Part shown: positions 58,217 through 64,000 of the stretch, piece after piece
How the letters are laid out: the number at the start of each line of letters is the position of its first letter
Numbering within the stretch: position 1 is the first letter of the stretch
Assembly: GCA_964579845.1 (NCBI GenBank)
Contig: CAZOHC010000001.1
Location: forward strand, 27,196-91,195
DNA from: an uncultured Gammaproteobacteria bacterium
GTDB taxonomy: Bacteria > Patescibacteriota > Microgenomatia > Levybacterales > UBA12049
DNA length: 64,000 nucleotides
Reading direction: 5' to 3'
The notes under the pieces: model-generated
The model's input: only the letters and a program-made list of their open reading frames with translations
What the model was told of the DNA's origin: nothing
The model's database searches: none
Made by a program: the position numbers and the translations under genes

Positions 58217-60436
58217 ATGCAAATTGTTGTCTCGTTCATTATTTTACTGTACGTACTTTTCCTAAAACTATGTGCTCGTCTCCTGAAACCGTTTGCGTTT
58301 CTTGCTTCAAAGATTAGACAGCTCGCTGAGAACAGCAAAGACGGAATACGAACGATTCGCCACAAAACAAGAAGTCTCGTGAGGAAACTCACTCCCAGAA
58401 AAGAGTCAAGAGTCCTGCAGACAGACACCGCTGGTACAGACGTGAGCAATCTACTGAAAATCCCGTTTCGATTTAAGCTTCGTTACTTTATCCTCGGATC
58501 TGTTTTTTCACTGCTCTTTGCGTTTCTGCCGCTACTTTTTTATCTGTTCCTCCAGGATCTTCCCAACCCGAAGGAACTCAGTATCAGACAAATTCCCCAA
58601 GCAACCAAGATTTACGACCGAAACGGCACCCTGCTCTACCAGATCTATGCACAGCATAACCGAACGATTATTACTCTCAACGATGTCCCGAAGTCGCTGC
58701 AACACGCAACACTCGCCATTGAAGATAAAAACTTTTATTCTCACCCCGGCTTTGATCTCCCGGCGATAACCCGAGCTTTCATCGAGAATATGAAAGGGAA
58801 CAATATCCAAGGAGGATCAACAATTACCCAGCAGCTCATTAAATCCTCCATGCTCACACCGGAGCGGCTCATCTCGCGGAAAATTAAAGAAGTTATCCTC
58901 GCATTCTGGACAGAGCGGATGTATACGAAAAATGAAATTCTTGAAATGTATTTCAACCAGATTCCTTATGGCGGAACCGCCTGGGGAGTAGAAGCAGCAG
59001 CTGAGATATACTTCGGCAAATCAGTCCAGCAGCTTACACTGGCAGAAAGTGCGTTTCTGGCAGGAATAACCGCAGCACCCAGTGCATACTCTCCGTACGG
59101 CCCCAATCCGACGGCCTGGAAGTCCAGGCAGAAAGAAGTGCTCAATCGCATGGTTATTCTTGGTTATATATCCGAAAAAGAAGCAAAAACAGCTGAAGAA
59201 CAAGTCCTTACCTTCCAGCCGCTCAGAACAGCGATGCGTGCTCCTCACTTCATCCAGTATGTCAAAGACGTTCTCACCGAACGGTATGGACTTCCCATGC
59301 TCGAGCGGGGCGGGTTGACGGTCGTAACTTCGCTCGATCTGAGTCTGCAAGAGTCCACCCAGGAGATTGTGGCTGATGAGGTCGCACAGGCTTCATACCT
59401 CCAGGTCAGTAATGGCGCAGCATTAATTACTGACCCGAGAAACGGTGATATCCTGGCAATGGTCGGCTCCAAAGACTTCAATAACCCGAACGGAGGAAAA
59501 GTGAATCTGACAACAGCATACCGTCAACCGGGAAGCACGGTCAAAGTTATCACCTACAGCGCTGCATTAGCAAACGGATTCACGGCTGCATCTATTGTTG
59601 ACGATACCCCGATCACATACCCGAATCCGGGAGGAACACCGTATACGCCGGTGAACTATGACGGCACATACCGAGGAAGAGTCCCCCTGAGATTTGCTTT
59701 GGCAAATTCACTGAATATTCCGGCAGTAAAAATTCTGCAGCAGGTAGGTATTCCGACCATGGTGACACTTGCCCAGGAAATGGGAATACGAAGCTGGCAG
59801 GATCCTGAAGCATATGGCCTCGCGGTGACACTGGGAGGGTCGGAAGCGACAATGCTTGAGATGGCTACTGTTTTCGGGACGTTGGCACATTCCGGAAAAA
59901 GAACTGATCTCAACCCTATTCTGAAGATCAGCGACGTGAAAGGTGAAATTATCGAAGAAAAGACTAACCCACCACAACCACAGGTACTGGACGAACGAAT
60001 AGCATTTATTATTTCAGACATTCTGTCTGATAACCAGTCCCGTGCTGCTGCCTTCGGAGCAAACTCTATTCTGACGATTCCAAATCACACGGTATCGGTC
60101 AAAACAGGAACTTCTGATAACAAACGCGATAACTGGACCATCGGGTATACTGATCACCGCGTTGTCACCGTCTGGGTTGGGAATAATGACAACTCTCCGA
60201 TGAGCCCCACACTCGCTTCAGGAATTACCGGTGCAGCTCCAATCTGGAACAGAGTTATGACAAATCTTCTTGAAAAAATACCGGAGAAAAAAAGAGCAAT
60301 CCCTTCAGACATTGTGCAGCGCGCATGTTTCGGGAGAATGGAGTATTTTATCAAAGGAACGGAAAACAGTGTCAGCTGTTCCCGTTCTCGAGAGGCAACA
60401 CCGACGACTCAACCTCTTTGGCAACGATTTCGCTGA
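58217..60436 (+). CDS. Class A penicillin-binding protein (PBP1A family), tandem paralogue
   Basis: EDKNFY, GGSTITQQL, RKIKE, GSTVK, SLN, KTGT. Confidence 0.93.
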   Translation: MQIVVSFIILLYVLFLKLCARLLKPFAFLASKIRQLAENSKDGIRTIRHKTRSLVRKLTPRKESRVLQTDTAGTDVSNLLKIPFRFKLRYFILGSVFSLLFAFLPLLFYLFLQDLPNPKELSIRQIPQATKIYDRNGTLLYQIYAQHNRTIITLNDVPKSLQHATLAIEDKNFYSHPGFDLPAITRAFIENMKGNNIQGGSTITQQLIKSSMLTPERLISRKIKEVILAFWTERMYTKNEILEMYFNQIPYGGTAWGVEAAAEIYFGKSVQQLTLAESAFLAGITAAPSAYSPYGPNPTAWKSRQKEVLNRMVILGYISEKEAKTAEEQVLTFQPLRTAMRAPHFIQYVKDVLTERYGLPMLERGGLTVVTSLDLSLQESTQEIVADEVAQASYLQVSNGAALITDPRNGDILAMVGSKDFNNPNGGKVNLTTAYRQPGSTVKVITYSAALANGFTAASIVDDTPITYPNPGGTPYTPVNYDGTYRGRVPLRFALANSLNIPAVKILQQVGIPTMVTLAQEMGIRSWQDPEAYGLAVTLGGSEATMLEMATVFGTLAHSGKRTDLNPILKISDVKGEIIEEKTNPPQPQVLDERIAFIISDILSDNQSRAAAFGANSILTIPNHTVSVKTGTSDNKRDNWTIGYTDHRVVTVWVGNNDNSPMSPTLASGITGAAPIWNRVMTNLLEKIPEKKRAIPSDIVQRACFGRMEYFIKGTENSVSCSRSREATPTTQPLWQRFR

Positions 60437-61049
60437 GGTGATGATACGCCTCTTGAGGGTCATCTTTTGAGAACAATGCTGAGGTCGCGACAAAACGTCT
60501 GGCTCCTGCCTGATACACCTTCGTAATCGTTTGATCGGTAATTCCCCCGTCAACCTCAATTGTCAGCATCGGATGCTGTTTGGCAAGTGAGGCAATTTTG
60601 TGCAATGAATTTTCAAGAAACACTTGCCCTGAGAACCCCGCCTTCACACTCATCACGAGCACGCTATCAAGATTCTCAAACGGAACGGTAATTGCGCTCA
60701 AAGGTGTATCAGCATCGAGCACAAGCCCAACCTCACCGAGTGACTCAGTGACTGCAACAAATTCTGTCTGGTCAGGCATCATCTCCACATGTCCCAAAAA
60801 CCGTCGGAACCCTGCCTCAGCAAATGGCTTCACGTATTGGAGAGGATCTTCAACCATGAGGTGGAGCTCAAAAAGCGTATCCTTTGTATACGAAGTAAAC
60901 GGATGAGGATCACGAAACGTAAAATTCTCAGCAAATTTTCCGTCGAGCAAATCGATATGAACCGTTTTCGCAAACGAGGTAACCACATCAAGTTTTGCTT
61001 TCATGGCTTCCCATTCCTGCTCTAGTATACCGGGTACTATTTCAGTCAT
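60372..61049 (-). CDS. rpe: Ribulose-phosphate 3-epimerase
   Basis: HIDLLDG, ELHLMV, VMSVKAGFSGQ, EVDGGI. Confidence 0.9.
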   Translation of the reverse strand: MTEIVPGILEQEWEAMKAKLDVVTSFAKTVHIDLLDGKFAENFTFRDPHPFTSYTKDTLFELHLMVEDPLQYVKPFAEAGFRRFLGHVEMMPDQTEFVAVTESLGEVGLVLDADTPLSAITVPFENLDSVLVMSVKAGFSGQVFLENSLHKIASLAKQHPMLTIEVDGGITDQTITKVYQAGARRFVATSALFSKDDPQEAYHHLSEIVAKEVESSVLPLENGNS

Positions 61050-61504
61050 ACATTTGTTCTCTGTTTCTCAAGTGCTGCAACTTTATCAAGACGTTTACTA
61101 TATCGTTCATTTGAAGAAAACGGCGTCGACAGAAAGGATTTCACCATTTTTTTCAGTTCTTCAGGAAGCGTATAATCAGTTGCAAGTGCGAGCACGTTAA
61201 TATCATCGTCCTTTCGTGCTGCCATCACCTGATCTTCAGCAATTCCCAGTCCCGAGCGAATACCGTTGACTTTATTTGCCACCATATCCACACCAACACC
61301 ACTCCCGCACAGTACAATTCCCCGAGAAGTAGAGTCTGTTGCTACCTTTGTTGCGACTGCGTGCGCATAATCAACATAGTCATCATCAGGAATCACACGA
61401 TCAGCACCGAGATCAAGAACCTCAACACCCAGTTCTGCTAACAGTAGCTTTACCTGTTCTTTGGCGGGAAACCCTCTGTGATCAGCACCGATATATACTC
61501 TCAT
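61046..61504 (-). CDS. rpiB: Ribose-5-phosphate isomerase B
   Basis: GADHRG, DDYVD, CGSGVG, ANKVNGIR, NVL. Confidence 0.92.
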   Translation of the reverse strand: MRVYIGADHRGFPAKEQVKLLLAELGVEVLDLGADRVIPDDDYVDYAHAVATKVATDSTSRGIVLCGSGVGVDMVANKVNGIRSGLGIAEDQVMAARKDDDINVLALATDYTLPEELKKMVKSFLSTPFSSNERYSKRLDKVAALEKQRTNV

Positions 61505-61507
61505 CGC

Positions 61508-62494
61508 TTATTTCTCCGTGACGATTTCACGAACTCGTACTCGCTTTTCTTCCAGCTCGTCATTCATCTGTTTTTTCGTCAGCAACCCTGGCTGCGAGCC
61601 GACCTGACCGATAACTGATGAGGAGCTCAATGTTCCCCATTGCATCGCCTCAGTAATATCTTTTCCGGAAAGAATAGCGCCTAAAAATCCGGTCGCATAA
61701 CTGTCACCTGCTCCTGTTTTTTCAATAACCGGGACTTTCAAAATCGGCGCGTGATAGATCGTCCGTGTCGCATCCATCGCATACGAACCATCCTCACCAT
61801 CTGTCACGACGACTGTCTCAGCACCCAGCGTATGCAGAGAGTTAAGCAGCAGTTCCATATCCTGTTTCCCTGTTTCCCGTCCGATAAGACGAAATCCTTC
61901 TTCTTTATTAATAAACAATATTCCCGTCATTGCCAGCATATCCCGGATAAAGCCGGGCGCATCTATAAGCTGTCTGGTACCGGGGTTTAAGACTAAGAAT
62001 GTCTTTTTCTCCCGAACATACTCTCTGACCATCTGATAGACATGCTTCCAGTCATTGCCGATTGAGGTCAGATAGAGGCAGTGTGCACCCACGCCATAAA
62101 GCGAAAAATCATGCTCACGCTCAACATGCTGAACAAGCAGTGTGCGTTCCCCTTTAAGATTAATACCGATCGCGAATGAGGAACGTCCTTTTCTTTTCAC
62201 CTTAACGGTTTCGACTTTTTCTTTTTTCAGCCGTAATAGAATCGTCTCACTGAATTCATCTTCCCCAGTCTCAGCCATGAGACCGGTAACAAAGCCTAAC
62301 CGGGATAATCCGACGGCAACATTACAGGCATTGCCGCCAACCTCAAAGACACAGTCTGTCAGCTGAATTTTCTCTCCTGAGGCCAAGCGAAGTTCATTCC
62401 GTTCTTTATCCAAGCGAATATTCTTCTCATCATCCCCGATTGAGAGAAACGCGTCTATCAGTGCATTACCGATCGTGAGGACATCAAAGTGCAT
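61508..62494 (-). CDS. PfkB-family carbohydrate kinase
   Basis: GGNACNVAVGLSRLG, NKEE, VTDGEDG, TGAGDSY. Confidence 0.9.
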   Translation of the reverse strand: MHFDVLTIGNALIDAFLSIGDDEKNIRLDKERNELRLASGEKIQLTDCVFEVGGNACNVAVGLSRLGFVTGLMAETGEDEFSETILLRLKKEKVETVKVKRKGRSSFAIGINLKGERTLLVQHVEREHDFSLYGVGAHCLYLTSIGNDWKHVYQMVREYVREKKTFLVLNPGTRQLIDAPGFIRDMLAMTGILFINKEEGFRLIGRETGKQDMELLLNSLHTLGAETVVVTDGEDGSYAMDATRTIYHAPILKVPVIEKTGAGDSYATGFLGAILSGKDITEAMQWGTLSSSSVIGQVGSQPGLLTKKQMNDELEEKRVRVREIVTEK

Positions 62495-62539
62495 ACTTCC
62501 ATGCTATATGATGCATGAGGCTTTGACAAGTCACGCTAC

Positions 62540-63100
62540 TTACTCCTCAGCTTCAGTTTCTTTCTCATCTCTGTCCCGGCCGATAATTACGACAACATCA
62601 GCATTTGCGCTCACATCTTCTTCTTCGATTGATTCAACGGTATAGTTTGCTGACAAAGCCTGTCTCACAGCATCAGCCGCTCCTTTCTCCCCTGCCCGAT
62701 ACTGAATCGAAAGCCCCACTTGATCATAGCTTTCGGCATTCCCGGTCGTCACCGTTGTGAAACCTGCATCCTTTAACACCGTTGCAGCGTCGCCTGCAGC
62801 TCCAGCCACACCGCTGCCGTTGAGCACTGAAATTCGGACCGTCTTTTTATCTTCATCTTTGAATGGTTCAGCAGTCGGAGTCGGGGTGGTAGTCGGCATG
62901 ACCTGTGCTGTGGGTGTCGGCTGGGTATTGAGTTGGTCAAGTGTCGGCAGCTCAGGAAGCGTAAAACCGTTCTGTTTGAGGTAAAAATTAGCTGCAAAAA
63001 GCAAAAACCCGAGCAGTAGGCCGATCGGGATAATATAATAAAGCCCGATTCGGCGATGTTTCGGGCTTTGTGTAGACACTGGTCGTGCCACATCATCCAT
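62540..63100 (-). CDS. Membrane-anchored LytR_C domain protein
   Basis: TM, PTPT linker, VLNGSGVAGAA, GNA, DVVVIIG. Confidence 0.85.
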   Translation of the reverse strand: MDDVARPVSTQSPKHRRIGLYYIIPIGLLLGFLLFAANFYLKQNGFTLPELPTLDQLNTQPTPTAQVMPTTTPTPTAEPFKDEDKKTVRISVLNGSGVAGAAGDAATVLKDAGFTTVTTGNAESYDQVGLSIQYRAGEKGAADAVRQALSANYTVESIEEEDVSANADVVVIIGRDRDEKETEAEE

Positions 63101-63187
63101 AGCAGTTGTACTATAACAGATTTTGTCTCCTTGGCAAGAAAATGAGCTTCGCATTACCCCTTTACCCGGTTTGCTATAATGAAAGAT

Positions 63188-64000
63188 ATGCCCTTCAAGA
63201 ATCGTCTTCTGCTTGCCTGTTGCTTCATTGGCTTAGTTCTCATGATGATGCTTCCGTACACTGCATTCGGCCGGGACGAGCTGGATGAAATTAATGATCA
63301 GATAAACGACCTTACCACGAAGCTCAATCAATCAATTGCTGCGACAAAACCTCTGGAGTCACAACTCGCAGGACTCAAGACACAGATTGAGGGAATTAAA
63401 GGACGGGTGAATTCGATCGATAAGGACTTAGAAGCCAAGAAAAAAACGATTGATGACGGATATAAGTCACTTGAACAGAAACAAATCGTCTTGAATAAAA
63501 CAATCAGGGATTACTACATAAAATCGTATTATAACTCACCGCTTCTGATCTTTTTTTCATCAGACTCTGCCTCCGATGTTACCCGTGTTATGGCGTATCA
63601 ACGAGCCGCAGCAAATCAGGATAAAAGTATTATCACCGGTATCGTGGTGTCAATCACAGGACTTGAAGAAAAACGCGAGCAACTGAAGCGGGAGCAGGCA
63701 CGACTACTTATCGCGAGGAATAACCTGGATGAACAGAGCCGAAAACTTGATGAAGTTATCCTCGGTGCGAAGACCTACCAAGCAGAGGTGTCAGGAAAAA
63801 TTGCGGCACTCTCCTCAAAACAGCAAGAAATTGTCAACGCGAGATCGGGAAACTATACCTTTACCATCGGCAACGGTGAACTGGCTGATGAGTACCTGTC
63901 CTCCGCCAAGGGCTTTCGAGAATCAGCCCCGGCAGGATCATTTGCGATTTTCTCATTCGGCGGGTATACACACCGAAAGGGTATGAGTCAGTATGGAGCC
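63188..64000 (+). CDS. Partial secreted coiled-coil protein, probably leading into a SpoIID/LytB-like domain
   Basis: Manual translation MPFKNRLLLACC...; long heptad region; ends HRKGMSQYGA at the window edge. Confidence 0.7.
   Translation, partial: MPFKNRLLLACCFIGLVLMMMLPYTAFGRDELDEINDQINDLTTKLNQSIAATKPLESQLAGLKTQIEGIKGRVNSIDKDLEAKKKTIDDGYKSLEQKQIVLNKTIRDYYIKSYYNSPLLIFFSSDSASDVTRVMAYQRAAANQDKSIITGIVVSITGLEEKREQLKREQARLLIARNNLDEQSRKLDEVILGAKTYQAEVSGKIAALSSKQQEIVNARSGNYTFTIGNGELADEYLSSAKGFRESAPAGSFAIFSFGGYTHRKGMSQYGA

Noticed and set aside
888-63986. Numerous 60-170 aa antisense or alternate-frame ORFs in the ORF track
   Set aside because: They are shadows of well-supported genes and lack motifs or initiation signals.
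1-64000. Genome-wide UGA=Gly recoding (code 25)
   Set aside because: Many conserved genes end properly at TGA (pilO, NUDIX, msrA, pduO, PBP), and long genes have no internal TGA.
1-64000. CRISPR array, rRNA, IS element or prophage
   Set aside because: No regularly spaced repeats, rRNA-like sequence, transposase or phage structural genes were seen.

Overview
Gene-dense bacterial chromosome segment using genetic code 11. The gene content points to Patescibacteria/CPR, probably Microgenomates (inference): N-domain-less ClpB, short TIM and UvrD, standalone VirD4-like ATPase, DUF2298/GT-C glycosylation genes, PilN/PilO, class II RNR and tRNA-Ile(UAU). Main blocks: (1) fusA-aclB-aclA-murB; (2) a pilNO/surface-protein/glycosylation cluster; (3) tpiA, uvrD, femX-like, sod, rnhA, clpB with a CIRCE-like operator; (4) small accessory genes; (5) three tRNAs and a tyrosine recombinase; (6) an NrdR-nrdJ-cobalamin salvage operon with two B12 riboswitches; (7) gmk/gap, tandem class A PBPs, rpe/rpiB/pfkB. 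The most unusual observations are these. A second B12 riboswitch controls a 411-aa Zn-ribbon protein of unknown function. tRNA-Ile(UAU) sits nested inside the split remnant of another tRNA. The initiator-type tRNA lacks the 3-GC anticodon-stem signature, in a window where many genes look leaderless. Heptamer and palindromic repeats are inserted in-frame into proteins. Two ORFs are broken by a single in-frame TGA. No CRISPR array, rRNA, IS element or prophage was seen. All calls come from reading motifs by eye; no searches were run.
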